From assembly GCA_000004695.1 (NCBI GenBank), contig CM000153.2, forward strand, positions 1,344,001-1,408,000: a stretch of DNA of 64,000 bases, read 5' to 3'. Numbering within the stretch: the first letter of the stretch is position 1; each line of letters starts with the position of its first letter. The notes below the pieces were generated by a model, which saw only the letters and a list, made by a program, of their open reading frames with translations, had not been told where the DNA came from and did no database searches. This DNA is from Dictyostelium discoideum. Taxonomy: Eukaryota. The position numbers and the translations under genes were made by a program. Positions 45,324 to 59,956 of the stretch are shown here, one piece after another.

Positions 45324-45378
45324 GTAAGTTTTACTACTACTATTACTTTTTAAAACACACTTTATTTTAATTAACACT

Positions 45379-45433
<55 letters not shown>

Positions 45434-45434
45434 G

Positions 45435-46194
45435 TACAATATTTAATATAATTAATTCATATGATTTATTAAGAGATAAAGGTATTGAGTGTTTAGAATT
45501 ACATTTAATGAATTTTTTAGATACAGAACAATTTTATGAGAGAATTATTCAAGAGATTTATAAACATCAAGAAAAGTTTTTCATAATTTTAAAGAAATTA
45601 ATTGGTAAAGATCCAAAAGTTATCTCTAAAATTATTGAACCACATTTCTCTAAATTATTTAAATTATTTCAAAAATCATCTTCATTCAGTATGTTAAATC
45701 TATTGGTTAAATCATTTGGTAAATCATTTTTTAATAATAATAGTTCACAAATGAATGATTATATAAATAGATTAATTCAAATACCAATCACTTTAAAATT
45801 AGATAATACACAAAATAATAATCAAAATATTAATAATATTAATAATAGTAGTAATAATAGTAATAATAATAATAATAATAATCAAAATAATAATAATAAA
45901 AACGAAAATGATGAAGGTGATTATAAAAAATATGAAGTTTTAGATTCAATTGTTTACTTAATTAAATTATTGGGTGGTAAAGAAATGGTTGGACATGTTA
46001 GAATATTAATGAAACATTTTAGAACTATTGATTATATAAAATTAAATGGTGCAGGTACTTTAGAGTATGAAAGTATTATTAGATCATTGGTATTATTATA
46101 TAAAATAATGGGTGATAATTATATTCAATTATTTCATATTGCAATTAATTCAATTGTTAAAGCCAATGATACAAGAAATTTAAAAAATATTCAA

Positions 46195-46268
<74 letters not shown>

Positions 46269-46651
46269 TGATAATAACAATCAAAATAATAATCAGAATA
46301 TTGAGAATAATAATAGTAATAATAATATTGAAAATGAAGATACATATTATCAATGTAATGGTAAACATACTGGTGGTATGGTAATATTAGGTGATATTTT
46401 AACAGAATTTAATGGTGAACAATTAAGATTATCGGATATTCAAGTAATTTTAAAATTTATAGGATCAACATGTTTATGTAAACGTGAAGGTTTATTTCCA
46501 ATATTTTTAGATTACTATTATCGTCATTCATCATGGTATGAATTTAATTGTTATATTGAAAGAATTTTACAAAAAGATATAAAATCAAATATTGATGAAA
46601 ATTATAATAATATTATAGTTGAAGATGAACAACAACAAAGTAATAATAATA

Positions 46652-46726
<75 letters not shown>

Positions 46727-47651
46727 GTAATAAAAATAAAAAAAAACAACAGGATGAAATTGAAGATAATTTAAATAATAACAATAATAATATTGATGAT
46801 GATTGTAAAATTAAATCATTTATAAATACATTACAATTTATAAAAGTTATTGGTAAATATTGTCCAAATGCATATACTACTAATTCACAAAGGGAGAGAA
46901 TTAGAAAGATTTATAATGGATTAGTTGAAAAGTTACCACAATCAGTTGTAAATGTATTTATGTATGCAAGTGGAAATAAAAAGAATGTTAGGTTCATTTA
47001 TTTGTTAATACCACAATTGACATCATTAATTGAATCTTTACCTTGCATGGATGACATTTACACTCAGTTCATGTCTGGTATACTAAATTGTATTTACAAA
47101 AGAAAGAAAGAGAACCCATTAATCAATATAACACCATTCATAGAGTTAATGTTAATTTTAAATAATGAATATGTTCCAGGTTCAAAATCATTTCATTATG
47201 ATTTAATTATTAAACAAAATTTATTATATTATAAAAATTATGGTGGTGGTAATAGTAATAACAATAATAAGAATTCAAATAGTAGTGGTAGTAGTAGAAA
47301 TAATGACTTTTCATTATTTATTGATAGAAAGAATCCAAGATTTTTATTATTTTTAAATCAGGTTTTACCATTATCATCATATAAATTCTTAAAGAAATTG
47401 GTTATTAGTTATCCAGCACAATTGGCACATTCAATTTCATTTAAGAATGCATTTGATAAATTAACATTAACTCATAAAGAATCAATTATAAAAATCATTC
47501 AATCATCTTCATCATATAATCCATCATTGGCCGATCTTTTAAAATCTTTAAAACGTCCAATTATGCCATTAATTGATGATAGTTTTAAAAATGGTTATGA
47601 ACCATTATTAAAAACAATTTTAAATTGTGGTAGTAGCAGTAGTAGTAATAA

Positions 47652-47696
<45 letters not shown>

Positions 47697-48860
47697 AGAT
47701 TGTAAAAGTGAATGGAAAATGACATTATCATTAGTTTGTAGAGATTGGTTTTTAATTTGTCAAAAATTATTATCAAATGATTATAGAATTGCAAAGAGAA
47801 TGAAGATTGTTAAATCAATTAATCCAGGTAATAGATATTGTTTATTTGAAAGATTAATTCATTTCTCTTTTAATCAAATCTTAACTTATCCAATGGAACA
47901 ATGGAAAGATATTTTTAAAAATTCTCAATCAATTGATTTATCAATTAATAATAATAATAATAATAGTAATAACAATTATAATAATAATTATAATAATTAT
48001 GAAAATTCATTAGATTTAAAAAGACATTTAGATATTTTAGTTGACATTGATGAATTTCCAAATTTAATTGAAATTACATTGGATTGTATCACAAGTGAAG
48101 GTTCAAGTTTTAATAGAATCATTGATAATTTATCAAATAATCAATTATGTTCAAATTTAAAAGTCATAAATTTAAAATTAACAAATTTAAATCATTCAGA
48201 AGTTGATAATGTTATTGAATTCTTTCAAACAATTTATAAGAATAAACAACAAATACAACAAGATCTCAATGATAATAATAATAATAATTTAAAAATTAAT
48301 ATTGAAATTTTAAATTCAAATTGCGAATTTTGGTTATTACCATTAATTAATACTTTATATGAAATGTTTGATGATGGCAGTGATGGTTTAAGAATTATAT
48401 CGCCATATCCAGATGATAAATTTTTAAAGATTCATAGTAAGAAATCTGAATATGAGTTAACAAGATATTATAGTCAATGTAATACAATAACCATAACACC
48501 AAATCCATACCACTCTTATGAATTATTTGATTATTATCAATTGTCAAACAATAACAACAATTCATCAATTAATAAATTAATCATTCAAAATTGTGGTACT
48601 CAAGGTGAAAAGAATGAATTTGGTATTGACTTTGAATTAAGTTTATTATCTCTATTAGAAAACTCAAAATCATTAACTCATTTACAAATTAATAATATCA
48701 CAAATTTATATCAAGTAATTGAATTATTCTCTTGTTTACCTTTAAATAATTCTTTAATTTCAATAACATTAATTATAAACACTTTGGAAATTTTAAATAA
48801 TAATAATAACAATAATTTTAATAATTTAAATAATAATAATAATTCTAATAATAATAATTC

Positions 48861-48919
<59 letters not shown>

Positions 48920-49254
48920 GAAATAATAATAATAATTTTATTAAAAATAATTATAATAATAATTTTATAAAAAATAATAATTTGGATAATAATAATATTT
49001 TTAGTAGTAATAATAATTTTAATTATATTAAAAATAATAGTTTTATAGTTGATGATGGTGTTTTTGATGGTAGTTTGTTTAAAGAATATTTGATTCAACT
49101 CTTCCAATTATTGAACCAAAACCAGACAATTGATGATCTTTATATTTCAACCCATAATTCTTTCCCTTTGGTCGATGATTGGAATTCTATTGAAAAAGGT
49201 GATTTCATTTTAATTAATCCCTGTCACTTACAAAGAAAATTTAAAAAAAGATAA
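45435..49254 (+). CDS. Asn-rich hypothetical protein, exon 4 (main 3.8-kb exon).
   Basis: Acceptor ttttatag|t at 45433-34, then the frame restores into the 1248-aa ORF (...N-TIFNIINSYDLLRDKGIECLELHLMNFLDTEQFYER...). There are many (AAT)n poly-N tracts. No conserved domain recognised. The total CDS is 4905 nt, in frame. Confidence 0.6.
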
Positions 49255-49512
49255 AAATAGAAAAAAAAAAAAAAAATGATCAAAAAAAAAAATAAAAATA
49301 AAAAAAAAATTAAAAAATTAAAATTAAATCGATAATCTAATCCCAGATGCAACTGGATTTCCATTACATAATGGACCAATTTATTATTTTTTTTAAATCA
49401 GAAAAAAAAAAAAAATTAAAAAAAAATTCAAAAATAAAAAAAAAAAAAAAAAAAAAAAAAAATTTAAAAAAAAAAAAAAATAAAAATAAAATAAAACACA
49501 AACTACAAAATC

Positions 49513-49545
<33 letters not shown>

Positions 49546-50593
49546 GGATCTTTATTGAAAAAAAAAAATAAAAATAAAAATAAAAATAAAAATAAAAATA
49601 AAAATAAAAAAAAAAAAGGAAAAAAAAAAATAAGACAAATAGTAAAAAAAATTTAATAAGTAAATCATTAAGTTTAAACAATAATGTGTGAATAAAAGAA
49701 ATAAATTAATTAAAAAAATTTTAAAAATAAAAAAAATAAAATAAAATAAAAATTTAAATTAATTTTAATTAATTAATATTAAATAAAAAAAAAAAAAATA
49801 AAAAAAAATTGAACATTTAAAAAAATAAAAAGAGAAAAAAAAGAAAGAAAGTGTACATAAATAAAAGGAATCATTTGTAGATAGAAAATAATTAAATAAG
49901 TAAATATATATATAAGTCCATAAAAAAAAAAAAAAATAGTTCAAAATTTAACAAAGAAAAAAAAAAAAAAAAAGGTAAATTTTTTTATTTGGACTCTTGT
50001 TTGATTTTATTTTATTTATTTACATTAATCATATATCACACAACACTCTTTTAGGAAAAAAAAAAAAAAAAAAAAACCTATTCTAATTTTAGAAATTAAA
50101 AAATAAAATATACAAAAGTTAATATCATTTTTTTTAATAATATCAATTTAATTTTTTAGAAAAAAAAAAAAAAACACACAATTTTATAGCTTTTATTAAT
50201 GTTTCATTTTATAAAAAGATAATCACTTTATTTTGTTTTTTTTTAGTTCAATATTTTTAGAAAACTTACATTATATAATAATAATATCTTTCTTAATTTG
50301 TCCTCAATCCATTTTTTCCTTTGCCTTTCAATTAAAACAACCCCACTCACACCACTAAACCCACACATTTATTGAAATTATTCACATATATTTACCCCTT
50401 TTTTATTTTTTTGTTTTTTTTATTTTATTTTTTTTTTTTAATTTTTTTTTTTTTAATTTAATTTTTTTATTTATTTATTTTGTTTTTGTATATAATGTTA
50501 AATAATTTTTCATTTTATACACAATATATTCACACAGTACTCATATAAAAAAAATATCAAAAAAACAAAAAAAAAAAAAAAAAAAAAAAAATA

Positions 50594-50641
<48 letters not shown>

Positions 50642-50867
50642 TTTATTGGGGTTTTTTTTTATTATTATTACTATCATATTTTATATTATTATTTTTATTA
50701 TTATTATTTTATTACTAACTTAATATCATATTAAGTTTACATTAAAAATTTAAAAAATAAATAAAAAAATAAAAAATTAAATTAAAAAAAAATAAAAAAA
50801 ATAAAAAAAAATAAAAAAAAAAATAAAAAACTAATAATTAAAAAAATTAAATATTGTAGTAAAAAAA

Positions 50868-50871
<4 letters not shown>

Positions 50872-50950
<79 letters not shown>
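50872..50950 (+). repeat. (AAAT)20 tetranucleotide repeat ending 8 bp before the pkaC ATG.
   Basis: aaataaataaat... run at 50872-50950. The ATG is at 50958. Confidence 0.9.
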
Positions 50951-50951
<1 letters not shown>

Positions 50952-50957
50952 AATAAC

Positions 50958-51544
50958 ATGAGTAACTCAAATAATAATAGCTCAAGTGGTAATCATAATA
51001 GTACAACAATAAATAACCCTAAAGTTAATGTATATAGCAATATACCAAATTCAACAACATACACATATGGCAGCGGAGGAGGTGGAACACTAAGTGGAAA
51101 TAATACTAATAATAACAACACCAACAATAACAATAATAATAATAATAATAGTAGTGGAGATAATAAAAACCATAGTCCTGTGACCTCAGCAACAGACCGT
51201 TTAACAAAAATGGATATAGAAGAGAAATGGGATAACAAAAATTATGAAAAAGATGAAAGAGAAAAATCACCTCTATTTCATATCTTGGCCAGTAATTTAA
51301 ATAGTTTCGGTAATTTCAAAGTTCCGAGTACATTTTCTTTAACACCACCAGAACCAAACAAACAACAACAACCACAACAACAACCACAACAACAACAACC
51401 ACAACAACAACAACCACAACAACAACAACCACAACAACAACAACAACAACAACCACAACAACAACAACAACCACAACAACAACTACAACAAAATAACCAA
51501 CAACAACAACAACAACTACAACAACAACAACTACAACAACAACT

Positions 51545-51593
<49 letters not shown>

Positions 51594-52691
51594 AAACAAC
51601 AAAAACAACAACAACAACAACAACAACACCTACATCAAGATGGTATTGTAAATACACCAAGTACAACACAAACTTCTACTACAACCACAACAACTACAAC
51701 TACAACAAATCCTCATACATCTGGTTTATCATTACAACATGCACATTCATCATATACACCTTCAAATGTATTACATTCGCCAACACATTTCCAATCAAGT
51801 TTACCAACAAGATTGGATACAAATCCAATAACAACACCAATCAGACAACAACAACAGTCTCAACAACAACTTCAACAACAACAATTACAACAAATTCCCC
51901 CACCAACTGTAAATTCATTCTTTTTACCACCACCAGTCAATGCAAGAGAAAGATTAAAAGAATTTAAACAAATTCGTGTTATTGGTACTGGAACATTTGG
52001 AAAGGTATATTTAATTCAAAACACCAAAGATGGGTGTTACTATGCCATGAAGTGCTTAAACAAGGCATACGTTGTACAATTGAAACAAGTAGAGCATTTA
52101 AATTCAGAGAAATCAATTCTCTCATCCATTCATCATCCATTCATTGTAAATTTGTATCAAGCTTTTCAAGATGAAAAGAAACTGTACCTCCTCTTTGAGT
52201 ATGTCGCAGGCGGTGAGGTGTTTACTCATTTAAGAAAATCAATGAAGTTTTCAAATAGTACCGCCAAGTTTTACGCAGCAGAGATAGTGTTGGCATTGGA
52301 GTTTTTACATAAACAAAATATAGTTTACAGAGATTTAAAACCAGAGAATTTGTTGATCGATAATCAAGGTCACATTAAAATCACTGATTTTGGTTTCGCA
52401 AAACGGGTAGAAGACAGAACTTTCACCCTTTGTGGTACCCCTGAATATTTGGCACCTGAAATCATTCAAAGCAAAGGTCATGGTAAAGCGGTCGATTGGT
52501 GGGCACTTGGTATTCTAATATTTGAAATGTTGGCAGGTTATCCACCTTTCTATGATGATGATACCTTTGCAATCTATAATAAAATTTTGGCTGGTAGAAT
52601 CACTTTTCCATTAGGTTTTGATGTTGATGCTAAAGATTTAATTAAAAGATTATTAACTGCTGATAGAACTCGTAGATTGGGTGCTTTAAAG
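50958..52691 (+). CDS. pkaC: cAMP-dependent protein kinase catalytic subunit PkaC, exon 1 (long N/Q-rich N-terminal extension plus most of the kinase domain).
   Basis: ATG at 50958. A roughly 250-nt imperfect (CAA)n (51352-51612) encodes polyQ. The kinase domain reads FKQIRVIGTGTFGKVYL...YAMKCL...YRDLKPENLLID...ITDFGFAK...TLCGTPEYLAPE...DWWALGILIFEMLAGYPPF (AGC/PKA type). Donor tta aag|gtaatt. Confidence 0.9.
51352..51612 (+). repeat. Imperfect (CAA)n/(CAG-free) trinucleotide repeat of about 260 bp encoding the polyQ/QP region of PkaC.
   Basis: Directly visible caacaacaa with periodic cca/cta interruptions. Confidence 0.85.
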
Positions 52692-52792
52692 GTAATTCTA
52701 TACAAATATTATTTATTTATTATTCATTTATTTATTTATTTTAATTAATAATTTATTAATAATTTTTTATTCTCAATTTTTATTTATTTTAG

Positions 52793-53005
52793 GATGGTGC
52801 ATTAGATGTCAAAAATCATAGATGGTTTTCTGATATTAATTGGGAAAGATTATATCAGAGAAGAGATAATGGACCATTCATTCCAAAGATTCAACATCAA
52901 GGTGATTCTTCAAACTTTGAAATGTATGATGAAGAAGAAATGGTTGAAGAGCCTCCATCTTCAAATTATGTTGATCCATATGCACATCTTTTCAAGGATT
53001 TTTAA
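52793..53005 (+). CDS. pkaC: PkaC, exon 2 (AGC C-terminal tail).
   Basis: Acceptor tttatttattttag|gat. The exon reads DGALDVKNHRWFSDINWERLYQRRDNGPFIPKIQHQGDSSNFEMYDEEE...LFKDF*, with a PKA-like FxxF C-terminus. The total CDS is 1947 nt, which gives 648 aa. Confidence 0.9.
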   Translation, partial: DGALDVKNHRWFSDINWERLYQRRDNGPFIPKIQHQGDSSNFEMYDEEEMVEEPPSSNYVDPYAHLFKDF

Positions 53006-53086
53006 AAAATAAAAGATAATAACAAATAAAACAAATTATAATAATTAAAAATAATAATAATAAAAGTGTCAATTAAAAATAACAAA

Positions 53087-53150
<64 letters not shown>

Positions 53151-53617
53151 TATGATAAACTAATATGGTTTGTGTCAATATCTACAAATAAATTAGTTTT
53201 CATATCATAATAACACCAACTATATAAAAAAAAAAAAAAAAAAAAAAAAAACCAAAGAAAAAAAAAAGAAAAAAAAAAAGAAAAAAAAAAAAAAGAAAAA
53301 AAACTCAACAAGTAAATAGAACTGCACCTTATTTTTAACAAATAATAATAAGGAACTATTTTTTTAAGTATTAAATAAATATTACAAAATTTTAAAATTG
53401 GTTTTTTTTTTTTTTTTTTTTTTATACAATCATATTTCTTGAATAAAATAAAATTATAAAAACACAATATTAGATTTAATAGAACACATTAATAAAAATA
53501 AAAAAAACATATTAATACAATTAATTAATTAAATATTCTTGGCAGTTTATAGTTTATTTACAAATTTTATTTTATTTTATTTTTTTTTTTTTTTTATTTT
53601 TTTTTTTTTTTTTTTTT

Positions 53618-53902
53618 TTATACAATCATACTGCTATAGTAATTTTGAGGTTGTTGTTGTTGAGGTTGGATTGGTTGATTTATAATTGAATAATGGCCAC
53701 TACCATTTATTATAGGTTGAGAATTATAATGAGGAGTATAAACTATTTTGGTTATTAATGCATGGCCCAATTCTTCATTCTTTCTATTTCTATATCTTTT
53801 TATGAAAAATGAAACCAGTATGTAAAATATGGTCACCGATATTATTGTTGTTAAACATATTACAATATACATCCATGGAAAATCGTTTGTGTATTCATCC
53901 AT
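53618..53902 (-). CDS. Candidate small single-pass membrane protein (94 aa), hypothetical.
   Basis: ATG-initiated ORF MDEYTNDFPWMYIVICLTTIISVTIFYILVSFFIKRYRNRKNEELGH..., with one hydrophobic 21-residue segment followed by basic residues. Local composition is less A/T-biased than the flanking intergenic DNA. No homology recognised. Confidence 0.3.
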   Translation of the reverse strand: MDEYTNDFPWMYIVICLTTIISVTIFYILVSFFIKRYRNRKNEELGHALITKIVYTPHYNSQPIINGSGHYSIINQPIQPQQQQPQNYYSSMIV

Positions 53903-54685
53903 TCTTTTTTTTTTTTTTAATTTATTAATTTTATTTAGTTTTAATATTAATTAATTAAAATAGTGATGAAAGAAAAAAATTAAATAAATAAATTTGAATA
54001 AATAAAAAAAAAAAAAAACAAATATTGAATAAATAAAAAAAAAAAAAAAATACAAATTTAATTAAATCTAAAAAAATAAAAAAATAATAAAAAAAAATTA
54101 ATTAAAAAATAAAATACACATAACAAAATCAAATTTTTTTTACTATCAAAAATTTTTAAAAATTGATTGTATTTGTGAGAGTGCGTATGTACTTTTTTAA
54201 TAAAAAAAAAAAAAAAAAAAAATTACAATTTGGAAATAATTTTTTTTAGTCACTTACAATTTTTGCAAACACAAAAAACAAAAATAAAAATAAAATTAAA
54301 AAAAAACAATAATAAAAATAATAATACAATCACACACCCCACCACATTTTTTATTTTTTTTTTTTTTTATTTTTTTTTTTTCTTTTTTTTTTATTTTTTT
54401 TTATTTCCCATTGATTATTAATATCTAATTTATAAATAAAATTTTAATTTGAGGTTTTTTTTTTTTTTTTTTGTAAAAGGGGTCTTTTTTTTTGGAGGGG
54501 CTTCCCATAATTAAAATAAAAAAAGAGATATTTTCCTAATTTTATTAAAAATGGATGAAATGATTAATGATTAAACAAGATTTATTTAAAAATACTTTTT
54601 ATTTTTATTATTATTATTTCTGGAAAAAAAAAAAAAAAATTTTTAAAAAAAAAATCCAATTAAATGAATGATTTTGGGATTAAAA

Positions 54686-55744
<1,059 letters not shown>

Positions 55745-56102
55745 TTTATTTTTATTTCTTTTGTTGTTGTTGTTGAAAATACAAACAATATATTATATAT
55801 AAAAAAAAAAAAAAAAAAAAACCAAATTACATTATATGTTATAATGTTTTAGTGTACAAGAATATTAATGAAATTTAAAAAAAAAAAAAAAAAAATTTTT
55901 TCTTTTTTTTTTTTTTTTTTATTTTTATTTTTTTTTTTTTTTTTAAATTTAAATTTAAATTTATTTTTATTTTTAATTTTTTTTTTTTTATTTTTTTTTT
56001 AAAAAAACGAATAAAACGAGACAATTTCATTTTTTTTTTTTTTTTTTTTTTCAATTTTAATTTTATATCTAATCAAATAAACATTTTATATAAAACTAAA
56101 AT

Positions 56103-56408
56103 ATGCCAAAATATTTAATAAATTTTGTTCAACAATATGCAAGTTTTCGTATTCATGAATTAGAATCAGTTGCAAGACTATTTAATATTGATATTCAATA
56201 TAATAAAGAAGATTTAGAATTTATTGAATCATTAGATCCAGAAATTGAAACACCATTTTTGTATGTCACTGTAAATAGTGAAGAAGATATTAAAAAAATA
56301 TGTACAAGATCAGTTTTAATTAAATCTGTCTATTCAATTTGGGCTGAAACACAATTATTAGATGAAATTTTAAATGAGTTACACAGTAAATTTGATAAAC
56401 AATTTTTA
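56103..56408 (+). CDS. tRNA (guanine10-N2)-methyltransferase TRMT11/Trm11, exon 1.
   Basis: MPKYLINFVQQYASFRIHELESVARLFNI matches the conserved TRMT11 N-terminus. Donor tta|gtaagt. Confidence 0.8.
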
Positions 56409-56456
56409 GTAAGTAATAATTTTTTTTTTAAAAAAAAAAAAAATAAAATAATAAGA

Positions 56457-56488
<32 letters not shown>

Positions 56489-56546
56489 TATTAATAATAA
56501 TAAATATTAATTATTATTTTTATTTTTATTTTTATTTTTTTTTTAG

Positions 56547-57045
56547 TCAAATTATATGATTAATAAAACATTTAAAATTGAAGTTGAAAGTTATGGAAGT
56601 AAATATAATCAAAAGGAAAAACTTGAAATGATGCAAAAATTAAAGGATTCACCATTATGGGATAGTGGTAAATGTTTAATGCATCCAACCGAGGAACAAA
56701 TGGATAAACATATTCTTTGGTATATTTTAACAGATTTTGGAGTTGAAAGACAAGGTTTAGTTAAAGATTTTACATTGTTACCACGTAAAGTTTACTTTGG
56801 TCAAAGAATTGCCAAAGGTAATAGAGATGATATCATTAAATATAACCTTTCCGATAGAAAATATTTAGGTACAACATCAATGGATCCAGAATTATCATTG
56901 GTTAGTGCAAATATGGGTTTAGTTAAAAAAGGTCATTTCGTTTTAGATCCATTCGTTGGTACTGGTAGTTTTATTTTAGTTGCTTCTCATTTTGGTGCTC
57001 AAACTGTTGGTTGTGATATTGATATTAAAGCAATGAGAAAAGAAG
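56547..57045 (+). CDS. TRMT11, exon 2 (THUMP-like region and the start of the methyltransferase region).
   Basis: Acceptor ttttttag|tca. The exon reads ...KVYFGQRIAKGNRDDIIKYNLSDRKYLGTTSMDPELSLVSANMGLVKKGHFVLDPFVGTGSFILVASHFGAQTVGCDID. Human TRMT11 has IYFGRWIADGQRELIESYSVKKRHFIGNTSMDAGLSFIMANHGKVKENDIVFDPFVGTGGLLIACAHFGAYVYGTDID. Donor gaa g|gtaaat (phase 1). Confidence 0.8.
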
Positions 57046-57095
57046 GTAAATTAATTTATAAACTATAATTATAATATAATATAATATCTATAATA

Positions 57096-57130
<35 letters not shown>

Positions 57131-57151
57131 TTCCAATTTTATTCTGTATAG

Positions 57152-57870
57152 AGGATTGTAATTTAGAAACTAATTTTAAAGATCATGGATTAACATCACA
57201 ATTTTTAGGTACAATTTTATGTGATAATAGTTGTCCACCATGGAGAGTTAATTCAATGTTTGATTCAATTATAACAGATCCACCATATGGTATTAGAGCA
57301 GGTGCAAGAAAAATTGGATTTAAAGAGAATCGTAAATTCGTTCCAGTTCCAGAAGGTTTAAGAAGAGACCATATTCCACAATGTATTGATTATAGTGTAC
57401 CAGATGTAATGGCAGATCTATTAGAATTGGCTGCTAAAACTTTAATTGTTGGTGGTCGTTTAGTTTATTGGTTACCAACAACACCAGATTATAAAGAAAC
57501 TGATTTACCAAGACATCCATGTCTTAGATTAATTACTGCAAGTTGTTTACAAATTCTTACCAATAGATGGGGCAGACGTTTAGTTACAATGGAGAAAATT
57601 ATAGAATATAATGATTCAATTCATAATAAATCTTTATTGGTTCAAGAGGATTTAGGACAATTTGACCCACAACATAAAGATTTACGTGCTGTTGTTTTCT
57701 GGAAAAAAATGGGTACAAATGAAAAAACTAAAAAAAAAGAACAAAAGAAAAAAAGTGTTGAAAATCATTTAAAATCAAAAAATAATAATGATGTAATTAA
57801 TAATAATAGTAATGATACAAATAGTAATAATAATTGCAATAATGAAAATAATATTGAAAACCAAAAATAA
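57152..57870 (+). CDS. TRMT11, exon 3 (DPPYG catalytic motif).
   Basis: Acceptor tgtatag|ag. The exon reads (E)DCNLETNFKDHGLTSQFLGTILCDNSCPPWRVNSMFDSIITDPPYGIRAG...LIVGGRLVYWLPT...RRLVTMEKI. Human TRMT11 has FDAIITDPPYGIRE...LVLGGRLVYWLP...RRLITMEKV. There is a poly-N tail. The total CDS is 1524 nt, in frame. Confidence 0.8.
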
Positions 57871-58356
57871 AAATAAATTTTTTTTTTTTTTAATGTTTTT
57901 TAAAAAAGAAAGTGTAAATACCAAAAAAAAAAAAAAAAGTTTTCCAATAAATAATCTTCTTTATTTATTATTTACATGTTTTTGAGGAGAAGTTTTTATT
58001 TTTTGAGGATGTTTTGGTACATTTGTGATAAAGCCTTGGCTTCTTCGTTTTTGATTAAATCTGGAATATTATTAATTGACAATTGATGATTGTTAATAAA
58101 TGAATATTTACTTGAAAAAGGAAAAATAAAATGAAGAAAAACACAAAATAGAAATTTTGGTGAAAAACAAATAAAAAAAAAAATAAAAAAAAAAAATGTT
58201 GATGGTCGTGTGAATTTATAATTTGATTCTATTTCTTGTGTCTTTTTCTATCAGGTTCTTTATAGTATTTAATTGGTTGTTAATCATTTGAGCAATGACA
58301 ATTATGGTGACAATAATAATAATAATAAAATAATAATAATAAAAAAGTAAAATAAG

Positions 58357-58403
<47 letters not shown>

Positions 58404-58442
58404 TATGAGAAAAAATAAAAATGAATATACAGTAAAATAAAT

Positions 58443-59919
58443 TTAATAAATACCTTCATATTTTACTTGAGTTCCTTCTGTAGAATTTTGTAAAACAGTT
58501 TCGAATGGTGAATTGGTTGAGTTGTTGTTATTATTATTATTGTTATTATTATTATTATTGATATCGCTAGTATTATTATTGTTATTGTTATTGTTGTTAT
58601 TATTATTATTATTACTATTATTTGTGGTAGGTTTCTTTTTTCCTTTAAAATAAGTTGCACTTGGTGTTCTTGATGTTCCAGATGATTGTCTTGCTTCATC
58701 AATTTCGATTGTTTCCATCCATTCTGGTGGAATAATATTCGATGATGTAGATCTTGAAGGTGTAGTTGTTGTGGTGGTAGTTGTTGTTGTAGTAGTATTT
58801 CTATTGTTATTATTTTGTTGTTGTTGTTGTTGTTCAGGTAAACTAACATTAATTAATGGTAATGAATCAAGTGGTGGAGAGGATTCATAAACATCACGAA
58901 GATATTCACTTGTCATTCTAGAGAATGGTGCAAGCATTGGACTTTGTGTTATAACTTTTTGATTTACAAATGAATCTAGAAATTCAAGTGCACCATCTTT
59001 ACCATTTGAAAAGCAAGTTGCCAAAGAATCTACCAACTCTCTAACGAATTGATTGCTAAAACTACTCATCTCTTGTTGAATATTGTAATCCTCTGAATCT
59101 GGTGAAACCAAAAAGATACCAAAGAAACGATTGATATATTTACGAGCGACTTGCGATGCAATCTCTGGATAGTTTCTATTGATAATATTTTGTTGTAATT
59201 GTAAAGATAATGTGGTATCCATTGTTTGTTGTCTAATGGTATTGCTAAAGCTATTGGCAATGGTATCTACATTATCTGGTGAACTGTTTCCTGATAAAAT
59301 CTCTTGAACCAATGTATCTCTAATATTTCTATGACCACGAAGCACTTGTTCACGTTGGCCTGATACAATTAATTGGAATCCCAAAAGAATTGATGGTAAA
59401 TTATTTATTATACTTGTGAATGGTGTTGAGTTATTTGTGGAAGTTGATGAAGTAGTTGAAGAAGATGATGATGAAGTATTTGATGATGACGATGATGAAT
59501 TTGTTTGTGGTTGACCTGGCATATTTGAAAAAATATTTGATAATAAATTTGAAAGATCTGGTGCACCACTATTATTACCATCACCATTATTTGAAATACC
59601 TCCAATTCCACCCAACACACTTTGAAGGATTCCACCTAAAGGGTTTTCACCAGGTTGTTGATTTAATGATGAGAATAAACCACCAAGAGTTTGTGAAATA
59701 ACATTTGGAATATCTTGATTAATATTTGGTGCTGCTGTATTTGGTGTTGCTGTTGTAGAAGTTGATGATGTTCTTGTTCTTGTTCTTGTTCGTGTTGGTG
59801 ATGATGATGATCTAGTAGTAGTGGTAGTAGTAGTTGTTGTTGGTGATGATGATGATGATGAAGAATTACTTGTACTAGTTGTATTAGTTGAAGAAGAGGA
59901 TGATGATGAAGATGATGAA

Positions 59920-59956
<37 letters not shown>

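Noticed and set aside
57960-58110. Less A/T-biased patch between TRMT11 and the BAG6-like gene (gtttttgaggagaagtttttattttttgaggatgttttggtacatttgtgataaagccttggcttcttcg...).
   Set aside because: Every frame gives only a Phe/Leu-rich ORF of 45 aa or less on either strand. The position fits a 3' UTR of one of the two convergent genes rather than an exon.
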